Source: Candidatus Kaiserbacteria bacterium | GTDB lineage: Bacteria > Patescibacteriota > Minisyncoccia > Phycocordibacterales > Phycocordibacteraceae | Direction: 5' to 3' | Assembly (NCBI GenBank): GCA_016182485.1 | Contig: JACPGH010000006.1 | Span: 90,461 to 154,460, forward strand | DNA: 64,000 nucleotides | Shown here: positions 26,675-36,551 of the stretch, one piece after another | Layout: every line of letters begins with the position of its first letter | How positions within the stretch are numbered: position 1 is the stretch's first letter | Program-made: the position numbers and the translations under genes | The notes under the pieces: model-generated | Told to the model about the DNA's origin: nothing | The model's input: only the letters and a program-made list of their open reading frames with translations | Databases searched by the model: none

Positions 26675-27415
26675 ATGGCACGTACCATCCTCGAACGCGC
26701 ACCGATCCGCATCCCCGACACGCCGGAACTGCTCGGCCAGGAAATGTTCGCGCTTGCGAAGGAAGCGCACTCGGTGCTCGGCTACGCTGGCCTCATGACG
26801 GCCGACGGCGTCGTGCAGACGCTCCGACGCCAGTGTCTCGCCACGGCCGCCGAGGCGCTCGAGTCGCTCGGCATCGAGCCGTTCACAATCGAGTCCGTCG
26901 AGGCCTACAAGAAGGAAGAGCGCGAGCGCGTCATCGCCGAGGAGATCGCCAAGATCGATCCCGGGGTCCTGCGACGTCGCGCGAGGGCCGGGCACATCGC
27001 CCTCTCCGGCTGCGTCGCCGCTGCACTCGGCAGTTTCAGTCTGTTGCTGTTCGGCAACACGATCTCAGTCGGATTCCTCGTCGGCGGGATCGTGACGGCT
27101 GCGTGTTCCGGCTGGTTCTGGACCGTGTTCGGCTTTAACTACGCCGTGGCTGTCGCGCGGGCGGAGAGCTGGAGCTGGGTCAGCCGTCCGATAGACATGT
27201 ACAACAACCCGCAGGTTCCGACGGCAGCCGTGCGGACGGCCATCGCGCTCAAGAAGCTCCTGCCAGAGTGCGTGGTCGAGATCGAAAGCCTCGAACACAT
27301 GATGAACCGCGCCGGCGACCCGTTCCTGCGCATCGGCTTTCCAATGCCGGTCGAAGACAAGCTCTACATCCACATCGTTTGGGGCGAGCCGAACTACTCG
27401 GCGAAGTTCGAGTAA
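26675..27415 (+). CDS. Hypothetical membrane protein (2 TM helices)
   Basis: The start is taken at MARTILERAP, which has GGGGGAATAAGACG upstream. Two hydrophobic helices lie in the middle. It is followed by a terminator. Confidence 0.5.
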   Translation: MARTILERAPIRIPDTPELLGQEMFALAKEAHSVLGYAGLMTADGVVQTLRRQCLATAAEALESLGIEPFTIESVEAYKKEERERVIAEEIAKIDPGVLRRRARAGHIALSGCVAAALGSFSLLLFGNTISVGFLVGGIVTAACSGWFWTVFGFNYAVAVARAESWSWVSRPIDMYNNPQVPTAAVRTAIALKKLLPECVVEIESLEHMMNRAGDPFLRIGFPMPVEDKLYIHIVWGEPNYSAKFE

Positions 27416-27436
27416 TGAACGACCCCCCGAACGATT

Positions 27437-27475
27437 CAACGGGCCCGCGCCTCGCGCGGGCCCGTTCACTTTTTG
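27437..27475 (+). terminator. Intrinsic terminator
   Basis: GGGCCCGCGCCTCGCGCGGGCCC stem followed by GTTCACTTTTT. Confidence 0.7.
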
Positions 27476-27544
27476 AATGTTAATCCCTTCTTCGCACTTG
27501 ACCATATATAGGTATCCGCGGTATGTGTGAACACATACATTTAT

Positions 27545-29980
27545 ATGGGTAAACGACTTCTCATTGTCGAGTCGCCTACGAAGGCGCGCACTATCGGGCA
27601 CTACCTCGAAGGCAATTACGAGGTGGTGGCCTCGGTCGGCCACATCCGTGATTTGCCGAAAAGCAATAAGGACGCCGTCGATATCGAAGGCGGCTTCGTG
27701 CCGCGTTACGTCGTATCCGCTGAGAAGCGCGAGGTCATCGAGAGGATACGACGCGCTGCTGAGAAAGCTGAGGGGATCTATCTTGCGACTGACCCCGATC
27801 GGGAAGGAGAGGCCATCGCCTGGCACATCGCCCAAATCCTGAAAGAGGATTCGGGAAGCACGAAGCACGCGGCACGAAGCACGAAACCAATAAAGCGAGT
27901 AGTGTACTACGAGGTGACAAAGGAGGCGGTAAATGAGGCGCTCGCTCATCCGCGCGACATAGACCAAAATCTGCGGAAAGCGCAGGAGGCTCGGCGGGTG
28001 CTCGACCGCATCGTCGGCTACGATCTTTCCGGCCTGATCTGGAAGAAAGTGCGCTACGGCCTATCCGCGGGACGCGTACAGTCGCCGGCGCTGCGCATCC
28101 TCGCCGAGCGCGAGCGGGAAATCAAGGCTTTCATACCCGAGACGTATTTCGTACTGTCTGCCCTTTTCTCGACAAAAAATGGCGGGAAATTAGCGACAAC
28201 TTGCACCGAAGAACCGAGGACAAAAGAAGAAGCCGATCGAATCGTACAAGAGGGCAGAACCGCCTCGTGGAGCGTCGCGGACACGAAAGAAAAAGCCGAG
28301 GAGCGGAATCCGCGGCCTCCTTTCACGACCTCCACGCTCCAGCAGACGGCTTCGACGCGCCTCGGCTTCGCGCCCTCGCGTACGATGCGCGCCGCGCAGA
28401 AACTCTACGAAGCCGGACATATCACGTATATGCGTACCGACTCGGTGAATCTGGCGCAAGACGCGGTCGCGAGGATGGCCGGCGTTATCGAGAAGCAATT
28501 CGGCAAGGAATACTTACACGTGCGCGCGTATAAGACGACGAGCAAGAACGCCCAGGAAGCGCATGAGGCCATCCGGCCGACCGACCCGGATAAATCGAGT
28601 GCGGGCGCCACGCCCGATGAAGTCGCGCTCTATAAGCTGATCCGCGCGCGCGCGCTCGCCTCGCAGATGAGCGCGGCGCGGCTTCTGCGCACGACAGTCG
28701 CGGCAAAAGCTAACGTAGACATTCCTCTGTTCACCGCGAGCGGCGCGCGCACGCTCTTCCCGGGTTGGCTCGCCCTTGATACTGCGGCGAAGGGAGAGGA
28801 TGTCGAATTGCCGAAGCTCTCCGTCGGGGAATCCCTTGACCTGCTCTCGCTCAGCGGGCAGGAGAAGCAGACCGAGCCGCCGAACCGTTATACCGAAGCG
28901 GGCCTCATCCGGGAGCTCGAGAAACGCGGCATCGGCCGGCCGTCCACCTATGCCTCGATAATGAAAACGATCGTAGACCGCGGATACGTCGAGAAGAACG
29001 GCCGCACGCTCGTGCCGACTGCGACCGGTATGGTGGTCTCCGGCTGGCTCGAAGAGCACTTTCCGACGTACGTGAGCGACACGTTCACCGCCGAGATGGA
29101 AGAAGAGCTCGACGAGATAGCGCGCGGCGAACGCGGGTATACCGAGACTCTCGCCGCGTTCTACGCTCCCTTTGAAAAGGCGATCCGCGCGAAAGACAAA
29201 CTTCCGAAGGCCACGTCGCTCGGCGACGTTCCGCCCGAATTCCCGTGCCCGGTCTGCGGCGGGCCGATGGAATACAAACTCGGACGCGGCGGCGTCTTTA
29301 TGAGTTGCAAGAAATATCCGAAATGTCTTGGCGCGCGGACCGAAAATGGGGCGGAATTGAAAGGCGATGAGCCGCTCGGCAATGACCCCAAGACCGGCGC
29401 GCCGATCTATGTGAAGACAGGCAGATTCGGACCGTACGTAGAGATGCTGTGGCCCTCCGGAGCTTCAGCGGAGGGGGCGCAAGGTAATGAACAACCCCAC
29501 TCCGCCAAGGCTCCGCGGGGTGGCGGCAAACGTGGCAGACCACGAATAGCCGCCAAACGAGTCAGCCTGCCGCCAGGTACCGACGTCGCGCAGGTCTCTC
29601 TCGCAGACGCGCTCAAGTATCTCTCTCTCCCCCGCGAACTGGGCATACATCCATCGACCGGCAAACCGGTCACGGCATCCGTCGGCCGATTCGGACCGTA
29701 TGTCGGATCGGACGGCGAATTTCGCTCGATCAAAATCGGGGATCCGTATACGATCTCTCTAGACGAGGCGCTCACGCTCTTGGCTCAGCCCAAACGGCAA
29801 TCCCGCGGCGTCGCGATCGTTCGCGAGCTCGGGAAACACCCGAAAAGCGGCAAGACCGTTACTCTCTATAAATCCAAACAGGGATATTTCCTGAAGAAGG
29901 GATTACGCCGCATTTATCTGCCCGAGTCGGTGCCGGTAGACTCGCTTACGAGCGCCGAAGCCGCCGAATACCTCAAATAA
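27545..29980 (+). CDS. topA: DNA topoisomerase I
   Basis: Toprim N-terminus (LLIVESPTKARTI), followed by the type IA cleavage-religation domain, a C4 zinc ribbon (CPVCGGPMEYKLGRGGVFMSCKKYPKC) and a basic C-terminal tail. Confidence 0.9.
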   Translation: MGKRLLIVESPTKARTIGHYLEGNYEVVASVGHIRDLPKSNKDAVDIEGGFVPRYVVSAEKREVIERIRRAAEKAEGIYLATDPDREGEAIAWHIAQILKEDSGSTKHAARSTKPIKRVVYYEVTKEAVNEALAHPRDIDQNLRKAQEARRVLDRIVGYDLSGLIWKKVRYGLSAGRVQSPALRILAEREREIKAFIPETYFVLSALFSTKNGGKLATTCTEEPRTKEEADRIVQEGRTASWSVADTKEKAEERNPRPPFTTSTLQQTASTRLGFAPSRTMRAAQKLYEAGHITYMRTDSVNLAQDAVARMAGVIEKQFGKEYLHVRAYKTTSKNAQEAHEAIRPTDPDKSSAGATPDEVALYKLIRARALASQMSAARLLRTTVAAKANVDIPLFTASGARTLFPGWLALDTAAKGEDVELPKLSVGESLDLLSLSGQEKQTEPPNRYTEAGLIRELEKRGIGRPSTYASIMKTIVDRGYVEKNGRTLVPTATGMVVSGWLEEHFPTYVSDTFTAEMEEELDEIARGERGYTETLAAFYAPFEKAIRAKDKLPKATSLGDVPPEFPCPVCGGPMEYKLGRGGVFMSCKKYPKCLGARTENGAELKGDEPLGNDPKTGAPIYVKTGRFGPYVEMLWPSGASAEGAQGNEQPHSAKAPRGGGKRGRPRIAAKRVSLPPGTDVAQVSLADALKYLSLPRELGIHPSTGKPVTASVGRFGPYVGSDGEFRSIKIGDPYTISLDEALTLLAQPKRQSRGVAIVRELGKHPKSGKTVTLYKSKQGYFLKKGLRRIYLPESVPVDSLTSAEAAEYLK

Positions 29981-30005
29981 GACCGCCGGTGTATAGTATC
30001 TGTCT

Positions 30006-31586
30006 ATGACTACCGTCAAAGAAATCCTTGACGCGATGTCAAACCCTTCCGACGAGGACAAGGCGCTCGTCGAGAAGGCGTACGAATATTCTAAAAAGGC
30101 GCACGACGGGCAGGAGCGCTACTCCGGCGAGCCGTATTTTATCCACCCCGCAGGCGCGGCCAAGGCGCTCGCCGAATACGACATGGACGCCGTCTCCATA
30201 GCGGCGGGACTCCTCCATGACGCGGTAGAGGACGGACGAGCCACGCGGGAGGATATCGAGAAGGAGTTCGGGAAGGAGGTGCTCTTCATCGTCGACGGAG
30301 TCACCAAGCTCGGCAAGCACCGCTATCACGGAGCCGAGCGGCACGCGGAGAGCCTGCGGCGGCTCCTAGTCGCCACGGCAAGCGACATTCGAGTGCTTAT
30401 CGTGAAGCTCGCTGATCGCTACCACAATATGCGCACCCTGGACCACGTGCCGGAGCCGAAGCGCAGACGCATCGCGCTCGAAACGCTCGAGATATACGCG
30501 CCGATCGCGGACCGCCTCGGCATGGGAAAGATGCGAAGCGGCTTGGAAGACCTCGCTTTCCCCTACGTCGACCCGGACGCCGCGCACCACACCGCCGAAC
30601 TGCGCAAGCTGAAGACGAAGGAAACTGAGGTGAGTCTCACCAATGTGCAAAAGGAGCTGAAGCACGAGCTAGCCAAAAAAGGGATTACGACGTTCCGAAG
30701 CGATATCCGCATGAAGGGCCTCTGGAGCCTGCACAAGAAGCTGAGGCGCAAGCAGGATGACATCAACCAGATCCACGACATCGCCGCGCTGCGTATTATC
30801 GTCCCATCGATCGAGGACTGCTATTCGACCCTGGGCATCGTGCATTCTCTCTACCGGCCCTTGCCTGGCGAATTCAAGGATTACATCGCGTTCCCGAAGC
30901 CGAACGGCTACCAATCGCTGCACACCACGGTAGTAACGCATGACGCGGGAATTGTAGAGATACAGATCCGTTCCGAGGCGATGCATCGCGAAGCGGAATT
31001 CGGCATTGCGTCGCACATGTCCTACAAACAGCTCGGTAAGGGCGTGGAGAAGCTCGACAAGCAGGCCCAAAAAAGCATGTTCTCCGCCCTCTCTTTGTCA
31101 TGGATACGCTCATTCATCCCCTCTCTGATGAAAGTTTCGAAAAAGGAGGGAGGCGAGACGCACGGGCCCGTGAAGATCCCGAACTGGCTCGAAGAGCTCG
31201 CCGCGGCGCACAACGAGGTGGCTAACTCCAAGGAATTCGTGGAGGGTCTTAAGGAGGACTTCTTCTCGCATCGCGTGTTCGTCTTCACTCCGAAGGGCGA
31301 CGTGATAGACCTGCCGGTCGCCTCAACGCCGATCGATTTCGCCTACGCGATACACAGCGACCTCGGCAACCATCTCTCGGGCGCGAAGGTGAACGGCAAG
31401 CTCGTTTCCTTCGAAAGCACGCTCGGCAACGGAGATGTCGTAGAGATTATCCGGAAAGATTCCGCGCGGCCGACCAAAAAATGGCTCGAGATCGCCCGCA
31501 CATCGCTCGCGCGCCGCCATATCCGCACCGCTCTCGGCATGGGAGAAAACGAAAAATCTCCCTCCCGCAAGAATTTCAAAAAATAA
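30006..31586 (+). CDS. Bifunctional (p)ppGpp synthetase/hydrolase Rel/SpoT homologue (short, no ACT domain)
   Basis: HD domain (HPAGAAKAL...LLHDAVED), then a synthetase domain (ALRIIVPSIEDCYSTLGIVHSLYRPLPGEFKDYIAFPKPNGYQSLHTTV), then a TGS domain (VFVFTPKGDVIDLP). Confidence 0.85.
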   Translation: MTTVKEILDAMSNPSDEDKALVEKAYEYSKKAHDGQERYSGEPYFIHPAGAAKALAEYDMDAVSIAAGLLHDAVEDGRATREDIEKEFGKEVLFIVDGVTKLGKHRYHGAERHAESLRRLLVATASDIRVLIVKLADRYHNMRTLDHVPEPKRRRIALETLEIYAPIADRLGMGKMRSGLEDLAFPYVDPDAAHHTAELRKLKTKETEVSLTNVQKELKHELAKKGITTFRSDIRMKGLWSLHKKLRRKQDDINQIHDIAALRIIVPSIEDCYSTLGIVHSLYRPLPGEFKDYIAFPKPNGYQSLHTTVVTHDAGIVEIQIRSEAMHREAEFGIASHMSYKQLGKGVEKLDKQAQKSMFSALSLSWIRSFIPSLMKVSKKEGGETHGPVKIPNWLEELAAAHNEVANSKEFVEGLKEDFFSHRVFVFTPKGDVIDLPVASTPIDFAYAIHSDLGNHLSGAKVNGKLVSFESTLGNGDVVEIIRKDSARPTKKWLEIARTSLARRHIRTALGMGENEKSPSRKNFKK

Positions 31587-31589
31587 TTT

Positions 31590-32639
31590 TCAGACCGAAA
31601 AATTGCTGACGGAGTAAAGCTCGTCGTCGGTCGGTTCTTCGGGCGCGGCGCGAGCGATCGGATCGTCGAGCTGCGTAGTGTTGGGATGCACGGGAAATTC
31701 GGCCGCAGAATGCCCCTCCCCTTCTGTCTGCTGACCTTCGGCGAGAAGCCGTTGCGTAGTCAACGATTCAACTAGGAACGTAAGGTCTTCGGGCGAGAAG
31801 AAGTCGATCAGGAGACGTCCGCCCTCGGCGTTAGTCTCGATGATGACGCGCGTGCCGAGCGTATCGGTCAATGATTTCTCTAGCTCGACCAGCTCGGGCG
31901 TCTTGCGGTGATACTTGCGCACGCGCTCCTGCGCAATAGATCGCGCGATGCGCTCGGCGGCGCGCACCGAAAGCCGCTTGAGAGTGATCTCCTTGAAAAG
32001 CGTCTCGCGCTGTTCGGGCCGCTCATTGAGCGCGAGCAGGGTGCGCGCGTGGCCCTCGGAAATCTCCTTATCTACCACGGCCTGCTGCATGTGCTCCGGC
32101 AGAGACAGGAGGCGCAAGCTGTTCGAGATGAATTCACGGCTTCGGCCTATCTTGGACGCGGCCTCGCCATGCGTGATCCCGAATTCGTCGATCAGTTTCT
32201 GGAGCGCTCTCGCCCGGTCGATAGCATTCAGATCCTCCCGCTGGAGGTTTTCTATGATGGCGAGCTCTAGCTTAGTGAGATTGCTTTCTCCGTGACGAAT
32301 TACGGCTGGCACTTGGGTCAACCCGGCTAGCTTGCTCGCCCGTAGACGCCGCTCCCCGGCGATAAGCTCGTACTCGCTCTCGAGGCCGCCGCCGGGCTTC
32401 TCCACATCTTTCCTGCTCACTACCAACGGCTGAAGCACGCCATACTGCCGAATGCTCTCTGCGAGCGAAGCGAGACCCGCCTCGCTGAATTCGCGGCGCG
32501 GCTGGTAGGGATTAGGCTTGATGCGCTCCACATCAATCCAAAAAATGGAGTCGTATTTGGTCGGCACGTAGCGGGCATCGTCCTGCATCACATGCATTTT
32601 AACATGATGAAAATTGGAGGGCGAGATGGTAGTGTACAT
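31590..32639 (-). CDS. parB: Chromosome partitioning protein ParB/Spo0J
   Basis: ParB box (PNPYQPRREFSEAGLASLAESIRQYGVLQPLVVSR...ELIAGERRLRASKLAGL) and an HTH. The start is trimmed to an internal Met at 32639, because the longer ORF (to 32822) overruns the tRNA-Leu gene. Confidence 0.7.
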   Translation of the reverse strand: MYTTISPSNFHHVKMHVMQDDARYVPTKYDSIFWIDVERIKPNPYQPRREFSEAGLASLAESIRQYGVLQPLVVSRKDVEKPGGGLESEYELIAGERRLRASKLAGLTQVPAVIRHGESNLTKLELAIIENLQREDLNAIDRARALQKLIDEFGITHGEAASKIGRSREFISNSLRLLSLPEHMQQAVVDKEISEGHARTLLALNERPEQRETLFKEITLKRLSVRAAERIARSIAQERVRKYHRKTPELVELEKSLTDTLGTRVIIETNAEGGRLLIDFFSPEDLTFLVESLTTQRLLAEGQQTEGEGHSAAEFPVHPNTTQLDDPIARAAPEEPTDDELYSVSNFSV

Positions 32640-32655
32640 ACTGACCGTACAAAAC

Positions 32656-32740
32656 GCTGGAGTGGCGGAATTGGTATACGCGCACGACTCAAAATCGTGT
32701 CCCGCAAGGGTTGTGGGTTCGACTCCCACCTCCAGCACCA
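32656..32740 (+). tRNA. tRNA-Leu (anticodon CAA), class II with a long variable arm; CCA encoded
   Basis: Acceptor GCTGGAG/CTCCAGC, 3-bp D-stem with an 11-nt loop, anticodon stem CACGA/TCGTG with loop CU-CAA-AA, variable arm CCC-GCAA-GGG, T-arm GTGGG-TTCGACT-CCCAC, discriminator A, then CCA. Confidence 0.85.
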
Positions 32741-32748
32741 GCGTTTTG

Positions 32749-32848
32749 TGCTGGGGCGCAACGGATTCCCCGTAAAAAGCGGACTTTAAACGGGGCGGGC
32801 AAAACCCATCGCCGCAAGGCATGAGAGTTCGATTCTCTCTCCCGGCAC
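32749..32848 (+). other. tRNA-like element (T-arm plus acceptor and class II-type variable hairpin) with a non-canonical or over-long interior
   Basis: The variable hairpin GCC-GCAA-GGC, the T-arm GAGAG-TTCGATT-CTCTC and the 3' acceptor TCCCGGC-A parallel the adjacent tRNA-Leu. A 5' strand GCTGGGG (32750-32756) can pair with the acceptor, but the intervening 52 nt cannot be folded into a standard D-arm and anticodon arm; the closest fit is a 4-bp ACGG/CCGT stem with a 5-nt loop and no 5-bp/7-nt anticodon arm. Confidence 0.3.
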
Positions 32849-32863
32849 TAGCTTCTAAAGTCG

Positions 32864-32905
32864 TAACAATACCGGGCGTACCAAAATCGTCCTATAGGAC
32901 GGATT
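32864..32905. repeat. Long imperfect palindrome GGGCGTACCAAAATCGTCCTATAGGACGGATTTGGTACGCCC (intergenic copy of the dus-internal palindrome)
   Basis: About 20-bp arms around CCTATAGG. It matches 22237-22274 at about 34 of 38 positions. Confidence 0.6.
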
Positions 32906-33249
32906 TGGTACGCCCGTCCTCTAGCCCAAAGCAACCACTTAACTTTTGCGCGGTTCTTGCTACCATACTCGCATGCTGAAACGAATATTTGCCACGGCTA
33001 TTGTCCTTTTGCTCGCCCTCGGGATGATAGGCCTGTTCTTCCCTACTCTCGTCGGAGGTCAGTATTAATAGCGCAAATCGCGCGAGTGCCGTACAGAGAT
33101 CTGGGTATTCATTATCCACACTTGCGCATAACTGGCATTTCTGTCATACTTGCGCCACTCGCAGAGTATTCGAGCTTCTTCAACCCTTCGATTTACTCAG
33201 GGCAAGCAAGCGTTCAGTTTCGGCGAGGTTAATCGTTCAAAAATCCACA

Positions 33250-33621
33250 ATGGATCAAGCATCAGTCCAGGGGAACAAGCTCTATGTGGGCGGCATCCCC
33301 TACCGCTCGACGGAAGACGATCTCAAGAAGGCCTTTAGCGAGGCCGGTACGGTCGTGTCCGCGAGCATTATCAGCGATCGTATGACCGGTCGTTCGCGCG
33401 GCTTCGGCTTCGTCGAAATGGCGAGCGAGGCGGAAGCGCAGGCGGCTATCGATCGTCTCGATGGCAAGGAGTTCGACGGGCGCACGCTCTCGGTCTCCTT
33501 CGCCCGCCCGCAAGGCGAGCGCCCGGCCCGTCGCGAAGGCGGCTTCGGCGGTAACCGTGGCGGCTTCGGCGGCGGCCGCGGCGGCTACGGCGGCGGCTAC
33601 AGTGATCGCGGCGGCTACTAA
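33250..33621 (+). CDS. RNA-binding protein (RRM domain) with a Gly-rich C-terminal tail
   Basis: RNP-2 KLYVGGIPY and RNP-1 RGFGFVEM, then GGFGGNRGGFGGGRGGYGGGY. It is followed by a hairpin at 33630-33665. Confidence 0.8.
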   Translation: MDQASVQGNKLYVGGIPYRSTEDDLKKAFSEAGTVVSASIISDRMTGRSRGFGFVEMASEAEAQAAIDRLDGKEFDGRTLSVSFARPQGERPARREGGFGGNRGGFGGGRGGYGGGYSDRGGY

Positions 33622-33780
33622 TTTCGCATCTCGCTTGCAAGACGCCCGCGCCTCCGGCGCGGGCGTCTTGCAATTACCTCCCCTTTGGAGAGCCTTCGCT
33701 TAGATAGTTCATAAAAGCTTAATCTTAGTTTCAGTAGCCTTTACTTTGGAGATGTTTATTCCTCACTGGGAGGTGTTCTT

Positions 33781-34413
33781 TTGACCGATTTGGGCGCGAA
33801 AGAGGCGAAGCTTGATGTGCGAACCCTTACGACCTGGGGCGGCAAGGAATTCATGGCGTTGCCGGAAGAGACGGTGCGTCTCCTGGGATGCCGGAGTTTC
33901 GAGCAGTTCTGCTCGACGCTCCGTGCTCTGCTAGACCCGGCGTTCTGCCCTTTCTGTCCCCGCCAGTACGATCCTGCCCTCGACCTAGCCCCACACCTTA
34001 GAGGCCGATGGTGGCTAAGGAAGAATGCTTTTCCACGGCCGGGTACGCAACACATGTCGCTCATTATTCCATGGGAACACGTCGAGGACATCCAGAAACT
34101 CACGGCAGAGGACTGGATATGGATAGGCCGGCTGTTCAGCTACGCAGTCGATAAGCTCGGTCTCCCAGGCGGAGGGCTCGCGTCACGTTTCGGCGATGCG
34201 CACTACCATTCCGGAACGATCCAGCATTTGCATTTCAATGTCATTGTTCCGGTGCCGGAGTCGGGGCAGGACTGCTTCGTGCCTCTTTCGGATAACCATG
34301 AGGTCCGCTTCGAGAGCCGCCTGTCCCTCTTTTTGCACGGAGAGGAACTTAAGCGGCGCGGCGGGCCTGACTGGCTCTTTTCAAAGGAGAGTATCGCCTC
34401 CACAAGAGTCTAG
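33781..34413 (+). CDS. HIT-like/GalT-like nucleotidyl-transferase superfamily protein (putative)
   Basis: A TTG start is preceded by the SD GGGAGGTG with a 5-nt spacer. His-rich motifs AHYHSGTIQHLHFNVIVP and a CPFCP pair. It is followed by a terminator-like hairpin at 34425-34470. Confidence 0.45.
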   Translation: MTDLGAKEAKLDVRTLTTWGGKEFMALPEETVRLLGCRSFEQFCSTLRALLDPAFCPFCPRQYDPALDLAPHLRGRWWLRKNAFPRPGTQHMSLIIPWEHVEDIQKLTAEDWIWIGRLFSYAVDKLGLPGGGLASRFGDAHYHSGTIQHLHFNVIVPVPESGQDCFVPLSDNHEVRFESRLSLFLHGEELKRRGGPDWLFSKESIASTRV

Positions 34414-34511
34414 TTCCCCGCAGTTTTCGATTCAAGGGCGCCGACCTTCGGGTACGGCGCCCTTCCTTTTGGACCCTTTACATTTACCGCCAAATTATTC
34501 ATAATCAGCCT

Positions 34512-36551
34512 ATGGCACGCAGGACTGCCCTGGCCAGGCGCAACACGAAGGGCGGAGCTAAAAAATCCGAGCGTCTCCCCCAACAAAAGTATCGTCTAGC
34601 ACTTGATAACGCCTCCGACCATATCGTCATTACCGACCCGAACGGCAAGGTCGTTTTCGCCAACAAGGCGGTAGAGCGCGTTACCGGTTACTCGGTACGC
34701 GAAGTCGTCGGCAAGAAAGCCGGCAAGCTCTGGGGCGGACAGATGGGGCAGGATTTTTACAAGAAGCTATGGCACACTATCAAGAAACGCAAAAAGGTGT
34801 TCCGCGGCGAACTGGTGAACCGCAGGAAAAACGGCGAGCTGTACACCGCGCAAGCCACGATTTCTCCGGTCTTGAATGGAAAGAGTGAGGTACTTTTTTT
34901 CATCGGCGTCGAACGCGACATTACCGAATCGAAAAAGTACCTGAATAAGATCCGAGCTCATGCGGAGCAGTTAAAGAAAGGGAAAGCCAGGACCGACGCG
35001 CTCAATCAAGAACTTGAGAAATTCCGCGTCGCTCTTGAGCATACGTCCGATCACGTTACGATCATCAACCCGAGAGGCGCTATCGTGTACGCAAACCAGG
35101 CGGTCAAGCGCATTACCGGGTACTCAAAAGAGGAAGTCATGGGGAAGAAACCGGGCGATCTCTGGGGCCGTGAGCTGGGTCAATCCTTCTACAGCGGCAT
35201 ATGGGAAACGATTACCAAGGATAAAAAACCATTCCAGGGCGAAGTCGTGAACCGACGCAAGAACGGCGAGCTTTATGAAGCGCGCGTCACGATCGTGCCG
35301 GTACTTGATGAGGAGGAGCGGATCCTTTTTTTCATCCGCACCGAGTCCGACGTGAGCGATCTGAAGAAATATGCCCGGCGGCTCGAGGAGGGGAAGGCTC
35401 TGGATGACGCCCTTCTCCTCTCTATCGTGGACGGCATTCTCGTGACCGATATGACCGGCAAGATCATCTTCGTGAATGAGGCCTTGAACACGCTCACCGG
35501 CCTCGCCCCGAGAGAGCTGATCGGCTACAATTTATACGAAACCATACCGCTCTACTTTGCCAACGGGACGCGGGTTCCGAAAGACACGCGACCGATATAC
35601 ATAGCCTTGAATGCGGCGATACATAAGCAAAAACCGGTCTTCGATACGGATACCTGCTATGTTCTCAATCGGGAAACCGGGCGTAAAATCCCGCTCGACA
35701 TACGGGCTGCTCCCTTTCTTCTTCATAAAAAAATACACGGAGCCGTAGCGGTGTGGCGTGATATCACGCGCATCGTCGAGATGGATCGCGCCAAGAACGA
35801 GTTCATCTCCTTCGCGTCCCATCAGCTGCGCACGCCGCTCACGAGCGTGCGGCTTGCTATCGACATGCTCATGCATTCGGATCCACTCGCGAAGGATCAA
35901 GAGAAGTATCTGCGCATAGCCCGGAGCGGCGTGAGAGAGATGATCGACATTATAGAATCTCTGCTAAATATTTCCCGGATCCAGATGGGCACGCTCGTAG
36001 TGAATCCCGAGCCGGTCAGCCTTTCAAAATTCATCGACAAAATACTTCAGGAAATGGCCCTCCCGCTCAGGAAGAAGCAAGTATCGGTAAAGCGAACGTA
36101 TGCGAAGGATATTCCGCTCCTCAACATAGACCAGCGCCTGATGAAGATAGTTCTTGAAAATCTTATCTCGAACGCGGTCAAATTCAGCCCGCCGAAGAGC
36201 ATTATAGCTATTGATATCAGCAAGAACGGGGACGAGGTTTTAATCGGCATCTCCGATATGGGGATCGGTATCCCGAAGGATCAACAGCCCAAGATCTTCG
36301 AGCGGCTCTTCCGCGCTCACCCGGAAGTAAAAGGAACCGGAATAGGCTTGTATATGGTTAAAATGGCGGTCGAGCAATACGGCGGCCGCGTGTGGTTCGA
36401 ATCCCCTTCTTCGCGGGCTTTCCCCAATCATCGGCCTAACAAGAGCCAGAAGAATCAGGGGACGACATTTTACGTCACTATCCCTTTACGGGGCATGGAG
36501 ACTCGCGACAAGAAGCGCGGTACGCCCTTCTATGCCTCCGGCGAGATTTGA
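34512..36551 (+). CDS. Cytoplasmic multi-PAS sensor histidine kinase
   Basis: At least 3 PAS repeats (TGYSxxEVxGKKxGxLWG...NRRKNGELY recurring), a HisKA H-box (EFISFASHQLRTPLTSV) and HATPase_c G-boxes. No TM segment. Confidence 0.85.
   Translation: MARRTALARRNTKGGAKKSERLPQQKYRLALDNASDHIVITDPNGKVVFANKAVERVTGYSVREVVGKKAGKLWGGQMGQDFYKKLWHTIKKRKKVFRGELVNRRKNGELYTAQATISPVLNGKSEVLFFIGVERDITESKKYLNKIRAHAEQLKKGKARTDALNQELEKFRVALEHTSDHVTIINPRGAIVYANQAVKRITGYSKEEVMGKKPGDLWGRELGQSFYSGIWETITKDKKPFQGEVVNRRKNGELYEARVTIVPVLDEEERILFFIRTESDVSDLKKYARRLEEGKALDDALLLSIVDGILVTDMTGKIIFVNEALNTLTGLAPRELIGYNLYETIPLYFANGTRVPKDTRPIYIALNAAIHKQKPVFDTDTCYVLNRETGRKIPLDIRAAPFLLHKKIHGAVAVWRDITRIVEMDRAKNEFISFASHQLRTPLTSVRLAIDMLMHSDPLAKDQEKYLRIARSGVREMIDIIESLLNISRIQMGTLVVNPEPVSLSKFIDKILQEMALPLRKKQVSVKRTYAKDIPLLNIDQRLMKIVLENLISNAVKFSPPKSIIAIDISKNGDEVLIGISDMGIGIPKDQQPKIFERLFRAHPEVKGTGIGLYMVKMAVEQYGGRVWFESPSSRAFPNHRPNKSQKNQGTTFYVTIPLRGMETRDKKRGTPFYASGEI

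Noticed and set aside
32640-32822. N-terminal 61 codons of the parB ORF call (31590..32822)
   Set aside because: They run across the tRNA-Leu gene (32656-32740) and the tRNA-like element. The translated tRNA T-arm (VGVEPT) is an artefact. The start was moved to an internal Met.
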